Assembly (NCBI GenBank): GCA_965601905.1
Contig: CBFCXB010000002.1
Span: 1 to 35,350, forward strand
Direction: 5' to 3'
Source of the DNA: an uncultured bacterium
GTDB taxonomy: Bacteria; Krumholzibacteriota; Krumholzibacteriia; Krumholzibacteriales; Krumholzibacteriaceae
DNA length: 35,350 bases
Shown: positions 25,003 through 33,660 of the stretch, in pieces
Layout of the letters: each line of letters starts with the position of its first letter
Position numbering within the stretch: position 1 is the stretch's first letter
The notes under the pieces: model-generated
Told to the model about the DNA's origin: nothing
Seen by the model: only the letters and a program-made list of their open reading frames with translations
Database searches by the model: none
Program-made: the position numbers and the translations under genes

Positions 25003-25521
25003 CTACCACTCCTGAATTGTCGAGCTCAGCATACTTTCGACGATCTCGCGGTATACTTCTTTGAGGGCATGATCGTAATCCCGTTCCGACGTCGTCTCGA
25101 GGTAGTAATCTCCCTGGGCCCGTATCGTCTTGTTTTCCCAGATATAGGTATTCTCGAGACGGTTGAAGAGCGAGACCCGGAGTCCGATGACGAGACGGTA
25201 CTGTTCGGCCTGGATATCTGACTCGCCCGGCATCTTGTTGAACGTGAACGGCACATTCTTGTAATCGACGACACTCCCCTCGAGAATCGCATCCGCCTCA
25301 CTGTCGGTCACCACTTCGAGGGTGTTGTCCTTGATGATGCCCTCGATGACCTTATCCGTGATCTCGAGCTCTATCTCGGGTTCTGGAGTTTCATTTTTCA
25401 GATAAGGTATCGCGATCTTCTTGATATCGCCCGCGGTCCGGCTGCTCGTGCTGTAGTACCCGCACGATGAAAGCGTCACCGCAGCGATCAACCCAAGTGC
25501 CACCAGGCGTAACCGTGGCAT
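25003..25521 (-). CDS. lptE: LPS-assembly lipoprotein LptE
   Basis: Lipobox LSSC|GY. Size is ~170 aa. Pattern IAIPYLKNET...ADAILEGSV...YRLVIGLRVSL is typical of LptE/RlpB. Gene context with holA and leuS supports the call. Confidence 0.65.
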   Translation of the reverse strand: MPRLRLVALGLIAAVTLSSCGYYSTSSRTAGDIKKIAIPYLKNETPEPEIELEITDKVIEGIIKDNTLEVVTDSEADAILEGSVVDYKNVPFTFNKMPGESDIQAEQYRLVIGLRVSLFNRLENTYIWENKTIRAQGDYYLETTSERDYDHALKEVYREIVESMLSSTIQEW

Positions 25522-26936
25522 TATCCTTCCTCTCCCTCGGCTTTGAAATTCTTCAACCGGTATCGTAGCTTGTCGCGGTTGAGGCGGAGCAGCCTCGCCG
25601 CCTTGCTCTGGTTCTGATCGGCCTCCCGCATCGCCTTGTTGATAAGCTCATGTTCGATAGTCTGCAAGAGATCTTCAAACTCGACACCCTCACCGGGGAA
25701 CGGCCGGCTGACGGCCATCTCGAGCGTTTTGGAGATCGAATATTCGCCGGTTGGGCCCGACTCTTCACGTATATTCAAGGGGAGATGCTCCATGCGGAGG
25801 ATCTCGTCATCCTCCAGCAAAACGATGCGCTCTATCATGTTCTTGAGTTCCCTGATATTCCCCGGCCAGGGGTACGTGAGGATCGCCCTGTACGCCTCCT
25901 CGTCGACATCCTTGAAATGCTTGTTGAACTGCTGATTGAAATGGTTCAGGAAGTGCCTGATCAGCAGGTATATATCCTCCCTGCGTTCCCTCAGGGGGGG
26001 TATCTGGATCGGAATAACCTTGAGCCGATAGTACAGATCCTCCCGGAAGTGCCTGTCCTGTACGGCGGTTTGGAGGTCCCGGTTGGTGGCCGAGATGATG
26101 CGGACGCTTACCTTGATATCCTTGGTGCCCCCGACACGCCGGAAGGTCATCCGCTCGAGTACGCGAAGCAACTTCACCTGGATCGTCATACTCATTTCAC
26201 CGATTTCATCGAGAAAAAGGGTTCCCTTGTTGGCCAGCTCGAGCAGCCCGGTCTTCTGCACCTTGGCATCGGTGAACGCGCCCTTCTCGTGCCCGAACAA
26301 CTCGCTCTCGAGCAGTTCCTCGGGGAGTGATGCGCAGTTGATCTCGAGAAACGGCTTGTCGAAGCGGGGGCTGTACTTGTGGATCATATTCGCGATCATT
26401 TCCTTGCCGGTACCGCTCTCACCCTGAATCAGAACCGTTGTCGTATCGCTCTTCGCCACCGTTTGCACCATTTCGTATATCTTCTTCATCTGGGGACTCT
26501 CGCCGGGAATGTAGTTCTCGTTGAAGTCGAGCTTCACGCGCCGGCGTAGCTGGAACAGTTCCCTCGTGAGTTTCCGGGATTCCAATCCCTTCTGGATCGT
26601 CAGAAGGAGCTGCTCGAGGTTCACCGGCTTGCTGACGAAATCGAAGGCGCCCTTCTTTATGGCGGAAACGGCTGTCTCGATATCACCGAATGCGGTGAGC
26701 ATGATCACGCATATCTCCGGTCTCATCTCTTTCACCTGCCGGAGAACCTCGATGCCGTTGATATCCGGCAGTTTCAGATCGAGAAGAACGAGATCGGGAA
26801 GTTCCTTTATCGCGCGCTCGATCGCCTCCTCCCCCGTGGCCGCCGTGATCGCCTCGTACCCCTCATCGCGGAGCGTTTTCTCGAGAAAAAGTCGTATCGT
26901 ATCCTCGTCGTCAACCAGTAGAACGACCGGCTTCAA
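25521..26936 (-). CDS. sigma-54-dependent response regulator (REC - AAA+ - Fis-type HTH, NtrC family)
   Basis: REC domain (VLLVDDED...LLDLKLPD...KP). Walker A GESGTGKE, GAFTDA loop, ESELFGHEKG, R-finger region, and C-terminal HTH QNQSKAARLLRLNRDKLRYRLK. TTG start preceded by AAGGGGGA. Confidence 0.9.
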   Translation of the reverse strand: MKPVVLLVDDEDTIRLFLEKTLRDEGYEAITAATGEEAIERAIKELPDLVLLDLKLPDINGIEVLRQVKEMRPEICVIMLTAFGDIETAVSAIKKGAFDFVSKPVNLEQLLLTIQKGLESRKLTRELFQLRRRVKLDFNENYIPGESPQMKKIYEMVQTVAKSDTTTVLIQGESGTGKEMIANMIHKYSPRFDKPFLEINCASLPEELLESELFGHEKGAFTDAKVQKTGLLELANKGTLFLDEIGEMSMTIQVKLLRVLERMTFRRVGGTKDIKVSVRIISATNRDLQTAVQDRHFREDLYYRLKVIPIQIPPLRERREDIYLLIRHFLNHFNQQFNKHFKDVDEEAYRAILTYPWPGNIRELKNMIERIVLLEDDEILRMEHLPLNIREESGPTGEYSISKTLEMAVSRPFPGEGVEFEDLLQTIEHELINKAMREADQNQSKAARLLRLNRDKLRYRLKNFKAEGEEG

Positions 26937-28977
26937 TTTCGTCCCCCTTCTTGATACGCCCGATCGGCAGGTATACGCGAAGCGCCGCCCCTCGTTCCTG
27001 CTCGGCCGGAATTGTTATTCTTCCCTGATGGTGTTGGATTATGTTATGCGTTATGAAGAGACCGAGCCCCGTTCCTCCCTTCTTCCTCGAGTAGAACGGC
27101 TCGAAGATCTTTTCACGATCACCGTCATCGATGCCGTCTCCGCTGTCGCTCACCTCGACGCAAATCATGGTGCGATCCTTTTCACGTATAACCTCCACAT
27201 CACCGCCCTCGTAAACATATGCATCTACCCGCACCGTACCCTCTTTCGGGACAGCTTCAACTGCATTCTTTATGAGGTTGATCATCACCTGTACGATCTG
27301 GTCCGGATCAACCTCTATAAGCGGGAGATTATCGGCAATATCCACATGAAAATCAATCTTCTTTTCATTCATCAATTCCATCAATGACTTAGAGGCGCGA
27401 TCGACAATATCGGTCACTTTGACTTCCTGGTACAACAGGTCGCGTGGCTTGGCGACCTTGAAAAGATCTGTAATAATACGATTGAGACGCTCGACCTCGT
27501 TCAGAATGAACGAGATATTCTCATGCTGGGCATCGGGAAGGGAACGGTCCCTGTTCAGGTACTGGATGCCCGCGGCGATGCCGGTGAGCGGATTCCGGAT
27601 TTCGTGCGCCACGGCCGAGGTGAATCTGCCGAGAACCGCCAGCCGGTCGAGGTGCCGTATCTCGTTCTCCATGCGTTTGATATCGCTCAGATCGACGAAC
27701 TCGATGATCGCGCCCTGCAGCCGGCTATTGTCCCCGACGAGTCTCGATACGTTCATTCGTATCGGCACGTGGAGTCCGTCCGACCGCTTGAGGTACGCCT
27801 CGTAGTACCTGAGTGGCATATCCTCTTGCAATACGCGGAGAAGGAGAGAGCGCGCACCGTCGCCGGACTCCTCGATGATGAGTTGTTCTATGCTCGTCCC
27901 GGTCAACTCATCCTCATCCAGAGCGCTCGTCTCGCGCGCGGACCTGTTCGCGAGGGTCACCTCTCCCTCGAGATCAACGACAAATAAACCGTTTATCATG
28001 CCCTCGATCACCTTTTCCCGGAATATTTCCTCCCGCCGGAGCTCCTGGTAGAGCATCCAGTTCTCGATGTTCGAGCTGATGAGCGTGCCCAGCGTCTCCA
28101 TCGTCACCTGATCGATATTGGTCAACGGAGTTGCACGGTAGCCGTCCGTAACGACAAGCGCGCCGAGCACCGGAATGTTTGGACAGACGAGGCATTCCTC
28201 CTTCCTGAGCATGATCTCGTCGAAACCGGAATTTTGACCGTTTGCGAGCTTCCTAATAGCGCATTCGTTTTTTTGCGAGCACAGCACCTCATCCACCGAT
28301 TTCATGAGCGGAACGCATATGTACGATGTCATGGTGCTGCCGGGAAAGAGCGGTTCCCCACCGACCTCCATGAGGGGATGCATGGCGACATCCTTTATCA
28401 GAAAGGGCTTCTGCGAGATGAACGAATTGTAGAGGGCGCCGTCGAGATCTGTAAAATCGATGCTGACGGTCCGGCGGATGACATTGGCCGCTCGTTCGAT
28501 GCTCACAACGGCCTGGAAGGTTTTCAATTTCTTGCGTAGGATTATGAACGCGACCTCTTTGTACCCGACACCATGGATCAGGTACTCGAAAACGGAGTTG
28601 ATCAGTTTCTTTTCGTCCAGCGAACTGACAATGCTCCGCCCGATCTCCTTGAGGCTCAGAAGCTGGATATTCTTCTCGACCATCTTGAAGAGCGAGCGCT
28701 CGAGATCGGTCAGCAGGGTGAGTATCATCCGATAAAATACATCGCCCTCGGTTCCCCGCACCGTGTCGCCAATCACCACCCCTTCGCTCTTGAGGGAGGT
28801 CAGTCGCTTCTGGATCATCTCGATCTTTTTCGCGTAATCGATCATTCGCCGCCGCACGATGAACGCCGTCACGGCTATCCCAATGGGAATAATAATCCAC
28901 AGAGGGAGAAACGGCGATAGCGCCAGCAGCAACGTATAGATGGCGGCGAGCAGTATGTAGTACATGAATCGACGCAT
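26911..28977 (-). CDS. sensor histidine kinase (2 TM - GAF-like - PAS - HisKA - HATPase_c)
   Basis: H-box FTSAVAHEIRNPL, N-box LIKNAVEA, G-boxes DSGDGI and GGTGLGL. The 3' end overlaps the regulator start by 26 nt. Confidence 0.85.
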   Translation of the reverse strand: MRRFMYYILLAAIYTLLLALSPFLPLWIIIPIGIAVTAFIVRRRMIDYAKKIEMIQKRLTSLKSEGVVIGDTVRGTEGDVFYRMILTLLTDLERSLFKMVEKNIQLLSLKEIGRSIVSSLDEKKLINSVFEYLIHGVGYKEVAFIILRKKLKTFQAVVSIERAANVIRRTVSIDFTDLDGALYNSFISQKPFLIKDVAMHPLMEVGGEPLFPGSTMTSYICVPLMKSVDEVLCSQKNECAIRKLANGQNSGFDEIMLRKEECLVCPNIPVLGALVVTDGYRATPLTNIDQVTMETLGTLISSNIENWMLYQELRREEIFREKVIEGMINGLFVVDLEGEVTLANRSARETSALDEDELTGTSIEQLIIEESGDGARSLLLRVLQEDMPLRYYEAYLKRSDGLHVPIRMNVSRLVGDNSRLQGAIIEFVDLSDIKRMENEIRHLDRLAVLGRFTSAVAHEIRNPLTGIAAGIQYLNRDRSLPDAQHENISFILNEVERLNRIITDLFKVAKPRDLLYQEVKVTDIVDRASKSLMELMNEKKIDFHVDIADNLPLIEVDPDQIVQVMINLIKNAVEAVPKEGTVRVDAYVYEGGDVEVIREKDRTMICVEVSDSGDGIDDGDREKIFEPFYSRKKGGTGLGLFITHNIIQHHQGRITIPAEQERGAALRVYLPIGRIKKGDEIEAGRSTG

Positions 28978-28993
28978 ATTATCACCCGCTTGA

Positions 28994-29022
28994 AGTGTAC
29001 GGCCAGTGGGGTTTCAGGTCAA
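28994..29022 (-). promoter_or_regulatory. possible sigma-70-type promoter for the kinase/regulator operon
   Basis: The minus strand reads TTGACC, 17 nt, TACACT, ending ~16 nt before ATG 28977. By-eye match only. Confidence 0.3.
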
Positions 29023-29076
29023 GATATTACAGTGTCTAAGCGGGTTGCCGCGGTGCGTCGGGAAAACGGGGAGATT

Positions 29077-29940
29077 TTAGCAGGCGCCCTTTCCGGTCAG
29101 GACGACGTAGAACGTTTTCAGAATGATCTGAAGCTCTTGGATGAAAGAGAGGCGTGAGATGTACCTGAGGTCATAGAGGAGTCTCCGGCGCATGTGATCG
29201 ACGGTTTTCGTGTAGCCACTCTCTACCTGCGCGAGACCGGTGATGCCGGGTTTCACGCATAGACGCAGATCGAATTCAGGTAGCTCATGCTTGTATTTGC
29301 TGATGAAGAACGAGCGCTCCGGCCGCGGGCCGATTATACTCATATCCCCGTATATCACATTCAAGAACTGGGGTATCTCGTCTATCCGCGCCCTGCGCAT
29401 CAAGCGTCCTACATGGGTGATGCGTGGATCATTATCGCTCGCCAGGACCGGCCCGTCCTTTTCCGAACCCAGCTTCATCGTTCGGAGCTTGATAATATTG
29501 AACGGCTTTCCGGGAGATATCTTTTTTCTGCGATCGGTGCCCGCTCTCCTGTCCGTACTGTTCCTGATGCTCTTCGATAGCGCGCGGCGATCGTTTCGGC
29601 GCCGGTTGATACCGATTCTCTCCTGCTGGTAGAAAGCGGGACCGGGAGATTCGAGTTTTATGATTATCGCGGCGATGAGTATCACCGGCGCGAGTAGAAT
29701 GAGCGCGATACCAGAGAGTATAATGTCAAATCCGCGTTTCAGTTGCATGATCTGCGTCAATCTATCGGTATGCATACTATCGGCATGCATATACCGGACG
29801 GCTTGGCCGAGCCAGGAGATCTCATCCTGCTGGGGCTGAAAATACGGTTGATATGCCTGCTGCGCTCCTCCGTCGTAGAGCGCCGTGCGGTTGAATATTT
29901 GCCTACTCCTGCCCCTGATGACCATTTCTCCCGAGTTCAA
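29077..29940 (-). CDS. small (monotopic-type) polyprenyl-phosphate phosphoglycosyl transferase ('bacterial sugar transferase' family)
   Basis: KRGFDIILSGIALILLAPV...LESPGPAFYQQERIG...GKPFNIIKLRTM...DPRITHVGRLMRRARIDEIPQFLNVIYGDMSIIGPRPE. The true start may be an internal Met (e.g. MHADS or MQLKR). Confidence 0.85.
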   Translation of the reverse strand: MNSGEMVIRGRSRQIFNRTALYDGGAQQAYQPYFQPQQDEISWLGQAVRYMHADSMHTDRLTQIMQLKRGFDIILSGIALILLAPVILIAAIIIKLESPGPAFYQQERIGINRRRNDRRALSKSIRNSTDRRAGTDRRKKISPGKPFNIIKLRTMKLGSEKDGPVLASDNDPRITHVGRLMRRARIDEIPQFLNVIYGDMSIIGPRPERSFFISKYKHELPEFDLRLCVKPGITGLAQVESGYTKTVDHMRRRLLYDLRYISRLSFIQELQIILKTFYVVLTGKGAC

Positions 29941-30208
29941 TCGAATACAATTACCCTCTATTTAATCTCATTACCGAGCAATAATCATACCTTATCAAGA
30001 ATTATTAGCGACACCTAACAACACGATCCCCGTTTCATTTGTAACCAGCCATATTTATTTAACTTAAATAACCCATGGGAAATAATTCGGGCATGCTGCG
30101 CCGTTACAGCTGGGCCAATCCATAATGTATTGTGGGGAAAACTCCCCAAACAATATTACTAATTTCTTTATTTATTGAGCCTTACGCGTTATTTATAATG
30201 TATATTAC

Positions 30209-31750
30209 CTACTGAACTGTTGTAACTTCATTGCTACGAGAGAGTTTACCGCCTTTATCAAATACGTATACTCTATAATAATAGTTAAAACTGCCCAGGT
30301 CGAGACCCGTATCGTCATAGTATGTAACCTCGCGATCGTTTATTGTTTCCACGAGCGTCGACTGCGTTGTAACTCCCGGAGCGGTCTCGCGATATATACG
30401 GTATTCCTGGAAATCGGTATTTCCGTTCACGCTCCACGTCAAGGTAACGCGATTGTTCCCCACCGACGACAACTCGTCGAGGGTCACCGGTGTAGGATAG
30501 GCATCATGCGTCTGAGCGGCCAGCTCATCGCTACCGGCGGATTCATCGAGATCGTTTACTACATAGATCTTGTAGAAATATGTTTCTCCCTCATCGAGGC
30601 CGCCGTCCGGATAGGCTGTCTGGTCGATATTGTACAGCTTCTGCACGAGGAGAGCCGGATCGTCACTGACTCCCGTCTCCTTATCGCGATAGATCGCGTA
30701 GTATGCGAAATGCTCCTCGGTCGAGGCGATCCACCTGATCGTGATGCTTGCCACGGTCGAGTCCTGAACGCCGATCAGCGTGACCGGATCGGGGGGATCG
30801 GTAAGTGAAACGGTATAATCCGTCTCGTAGATCGGTGCCTCGTTCCCGGCGCGATCGATAAAAAAGCCCGCGAGGGTGAGATCGGTGCCGCGTACCCCAG
30901 TGGGGAAGGTGAAATCGGTCCCATACACGCCATCCGAGGACGTCTCGTCCCCTCCCCTCCCATCGTCGGCAAGGTAGATCGGCGTGTCGTAGCTCTCCAC
31001 CATGATCCACGCCTCACCGGAGGATTCATTGTCGTCGACATGCATTACGAGTTGGACCGTTGCCCCCGGACTGTAGCGATACGGTTGTGGCGAGAGCGAG
31101 ACGCCGGTGATCTCCGCATGGGTATCGAGCCCGATCGCATCGCTCATGACCGGCGATTCCGCACCGTTCTCGTCGCGGAAGCGGGCGTATACGGTTTTGA
31201 CGCCGTCTTCCTCGGTAAGGGTCCATACCCGATTGAAACGGTACGTCTCCCACGCACCGCCTGTAAATGTGGGATCATTCGCGATCATCATCAGGGCGGT
31301 CGTGACCGGAGCGCTCAGTTGAAGGGTAACCGCCCGTGAACCGGTATACTCCTCACCGTCGTTGATGATAATTGAATAGGCGGTGGGAACGGCTTCTATC
31401 TCCTCGGATCGATCGCCCTCGACGCCGTCCGCCCCAGCTGCGGACACCGAGTAGTAGTATGACCTGCCGCTGCGCACATTGCTATCGATATAGAAGGTGT
31501 CAACCGTTTCGGCAAGCCGGGCGGGGCGCTGCTCCTCGCTCGTTCTGCGGTACAGATGGTAGCTGCTCGCTCCTGCCGCCTCACGCCAGGTGAGAAGGAT
31601 CAACCCATCGTCGACCTGCGCGGCGAGATCGTTCGGTGCCGGTATTCCCTCCGTTTCGAGATCGAGCGGAACCTCTTCTATGTCTTCCAGGCAGCCATAC
31701 CCCAGGCCGAGTACCATGAGTGCGAGGGCCAGTAGCATCATTCTCTTCAT
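30209..31750 (-). CDS. surface lipoprotein with Fn3-like repeats
   Basis: Start ATG 31750, 8 nt after GGAGG. Lipobox LGYG|C. Several Fn3-like segments (SYHLYRRTSEE...YYYSVSA; FAYYAIYRDKE...YFYKIYV; FQEYRIYRET...YYYRVYV). Confidence 0.7.
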   Translation of the reverse strand: MKRMMLLALALMVLGLGYGCLEDIEEVPLDLETEGIPAPNDLAAQVDDGLILLTWREAAGASSYHLYRRTSEEQRPARLAETVDTFYIDSNVRSGRSYYYSVSAAGADGVEGDRSEEIEAVPTAYSIIINDGEEYTGSRAVTLQLSAPVTTALMMIANDPTFTGGAWETYRFNRVWTLTEEDGVKTVYARFRDENGAESPVMSDAIGLDTHAEITGVSLSPQPYRYSPGATVQLVMHVDDNESSGEAWIMVESYDTPIYLADDGRGGDETSSDGVYGTDFTFPTGVRGTDLTLAGFFIDRAGNEAPIYETDYTVSLTDPPDPVTLIGVQDSTVASITIRWIASTEEHFAYYAIYRDKETGVSDDPALLVQKLYNIDQTAYPDGGLDEGETYFYKIYVVNDLDESAGSDELAAQTHDAYPTPVTLDELSSVGNNRVTLTWSVNGNTDFQEYRIYRETAPGVTTQSTLVETINDREVTYYDDTGLDLGSFNYYYRVYVFDKGGKLSRSNEVTTVQ

Positions 31751-31768
31751 CGAGCACACCTCCGTATA

Positions 31769-32938
31769 TCAGACCCTCACCACGAGGGCGCAGCCGCTCC
31801 CGCTGATATCGAGTGCGTAACGATCAGGAACAGGTGGAAGTTCGGCGGGAAACAGGGTATCGAGGAGGCTGAGGCCCCATAGTCCCGCCAACGCGATGCA
31901 GGCGGCATCCCTGCGACGCCTCTCCTTCCGGGCGCTATCCCAGATGGCGGACGCTTCGTCTCTGTACCGTATCTTGTCCTCGATCGTCGATGCCGCTAGA
32001 AACCTGTCCACCGCGACGTCGTATCGAATCGTTTCTTGATTGTATCGGTTGTGGAAATCGAGGGCAAGCAGCCCCGAAACGACGCTCATTGAGGAAAGGA
32101 GAACGCCGCGCGTTGTTTTACCCTGGTAGAACTGTCCCCGTCCCGGGTGAATAAGTGAATGGATAAATGCCTTCGGCCTCGTCGCCCGTGCCGGGACGAC
32201 TTCAACGACACTTCCCTCCGCATCGGATCGCATGCGCGGAGGACCGCAGGCTATCCAGGGTTCGAGGAGCTGGAATCCGTAAAGGTACGCGGAGAGGCAA
32301 ATGAGCCGTTTGCGATGCTGGTTCTGTGCATTCACATCCCGTGAGGCCACATGAGCCGCCTCCTGAATGCGTCGCCGGTCCTCCAGCGTTTCGGCTTCCC
32401 GCAAGAGACCGTCCAGGACCTCGAGACGGTCTTCAAGATGGCGATACTCCTGATCCTCATCGTACAATATATAGAGGGAAGCGGCGAGCGAGAGGCCGTC
32501 GGTGAATCCGACAGCGGAATGATCCGCGTACGCCGATCCCCATCCGGGTACGAGCGCGTTTCTCAAGGCGGTCCGGATCCTGATACCCCCGAAACGCGGC
32601 CGACCGGCGCCGTCGATTGAGAACGTGCCGATCCTCCGCTCGAAACCGTATCCCTCGATTGTTGCACGATAGGGCTTTTTGTACTCCAGATCGCATATGG
32701 TGAACGGTAGCACGCCGTTGATGCTGTACTCACGCTTCAGCTGCAGATGAACGTTTTTCTCCGTTCCGGCGAAATGTATGCAAAACGAATCGACATCATC
32801 CGCGAATGCCGGCCTAGCCGGCACGGCAACTGCGGCAATAATCGTCAATACGACAAACCAGTGTTTGGCATCCACGCGAAACCCTTCCGTCGATATCCCA
32901 TGCACGGAGATCACTCCCGATACTACGAGCGGGCTCAC
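31769..32938 (-). CDS. hypothetical membrane or secreted protein with two PG(W/R)G-x-x-Y + TM modules
   Basis: The ORF is tightly packed between the BY-kinase gene (GTGA overlap) and the lipoprotein gene. Signal-like KHWFVVLTIIAAVAVPARPAFA. An alternative GTG start at 32875 follows GGAAGGG. I recognise no family. Confidence 0.55.
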   Translation of the reverse strand: MSPLVVSGVISVHGISTEGFRVDAKHWFVVLTIIAAVAVPARPAFADDVDSFCIHFAGTEKNVHLQLKREYSINGVLPFTICDLEYKKPYRATIEGYGFERRIGTFSIDGAGRPRFGGIRIRTALRNALVPGWGSAYADHSAVGFTDGLSLAASLYILYDEDQEYRHLEDRLEVLDGLLREAETLEDRRRIQEAAHVASRDVNAQNQHRKRLICLSAYLYGFQLLEPWIACGPPRMRSDAEGSVVEVVPARATRPKAFIHSLIHPGRGQFYQGKTTRGVLLSSMSVVSGLLALDFHNRYNQETIRYDVAVDRFLAASTIEDKIRYRDEASAIWDSARKERRRRDAACIALAGLWGLSLLDTLFPAELPPVPDRYALDISGSGCALVVRV

Positions 32939-33636
32939 CCGCTCGAATGCTCCTCTTCCTCCTTGTACCCATAGTACCGATAATCGTAGTAATATGGCAA
33001 AACCTCTGAGAGGTTGTTCACCACCGTACCGATGAGATTCGCGTCGGCATCGAGTAGTATGTTCTTCGCCCTCAGTGCCACGTTGCGCGGCGTCATGCCG
33101 GCGAGGAGAACCAGTATAACCCCATCGACCTCGCTGGCGATCAGCATCGGGTCGCTCACCGGTATGATCGGTGCACTGTCGACGATCACGATATCATAGT
33201 AAAATTTTATCTTCTCGAATATCTCGGAGATAATGTCTCCCTCGAACAGGTGCGCGGGTGAGTGCACCCTTCTACCGCTCGGTATCACCTTGAGATTCTC
33301 GATGGGAGTATCCTTGACGACGTCAAGGGGATCTTTTTTTCCCTCGAGACATTCGAGAAGCCCCGGTTCCTGGGGAACCTGGAATATCTGGTGCACCCGG
33401 GGGCGGCGCAGATCGGCATCAACCACGAGTGATTTCTTTCCGCGGAACCGGGCCACGGTCAGAGCGAGGTGGGATGCGACCGTGCTCTTCCCTTCCCCGC
33501 GGTGTGCGCTGGTGACAAGAAAGCTGCGCATCTTGCCTTTGCCTTGAACGTGGCGTATGTTCGAATAGAGCCTCCGCATTTCTGTAGCGATCGGACTCTC
33601 TTGGTCGAATACCTCGTAAATCGATTTTCTCTCCAT
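32935..33636 (-). CDS. bacterial tyrosine (BY) autokinase, stand-alone cytoplasmic ATPase (CpsD/CapB type)
   Basis: Walker A GEGKST, Walker A' LVVDADLRRP, Walker B IVIVDSAP, and the C-terminal Tyr cluster LPYYYDYRYYGYKEE. Confidence 0.85.
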   Translation of the reverse strand: MERKSIYEVFDQESPIATEMRRLYSNIRHVQGKGKMRSFLVTSAHRGEGKSTVASHLALTVARFRGKKSLVVDADLRRPRVHQIFQVPQEPGLLECLEGKKDPLDVVKDTPIENLKVIPSGRRVHSPAHLFEGDIISEIFEKIKFYYDIVIVDSAPIIPVSDPMLIASEVDGVILVLLAGMTPRNVALRAKNILLDADANLIGTVVNNLSEVLPYYYDYRYYGYKEEEEHSSG

Positions 33637-33660
33637 ACCACTCCATCACCATTGTGCCGG

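Noticed and set aside
26911-28977. Considered calling the kinase/regulator pair PrsK/PrsR (PEP-CTERM system regulators)
   Set aside because: The kinase has only two N-terminal TM helices followed by GAF/PAS, not the long polytopic N-terminal region expected of PrsK. No exosortase or PEP-CTERM substrate is in the window. HMM evidence would be needed.
28988-29006. Sigma-54-like element upstream of the histidine kinase (minus strand TGGCCG-TACAC-TTCAA)
   Set aside because: The essential GC dinucleotide at -12 is missing (TC instead). A well-spaced sigma-70-like TTGACC-17-TACACT overlaps it and explains the region better.
30133-30148. TGGGGA-AAAC-TCCCCA hairpin downstream of the Fn3 lipoprotein gene
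   Set aside because: It has only a 6-bp stem and, on the transcribed (minus) strand, is not followed by a T-tract. It is too weak to annotate as a terminator.
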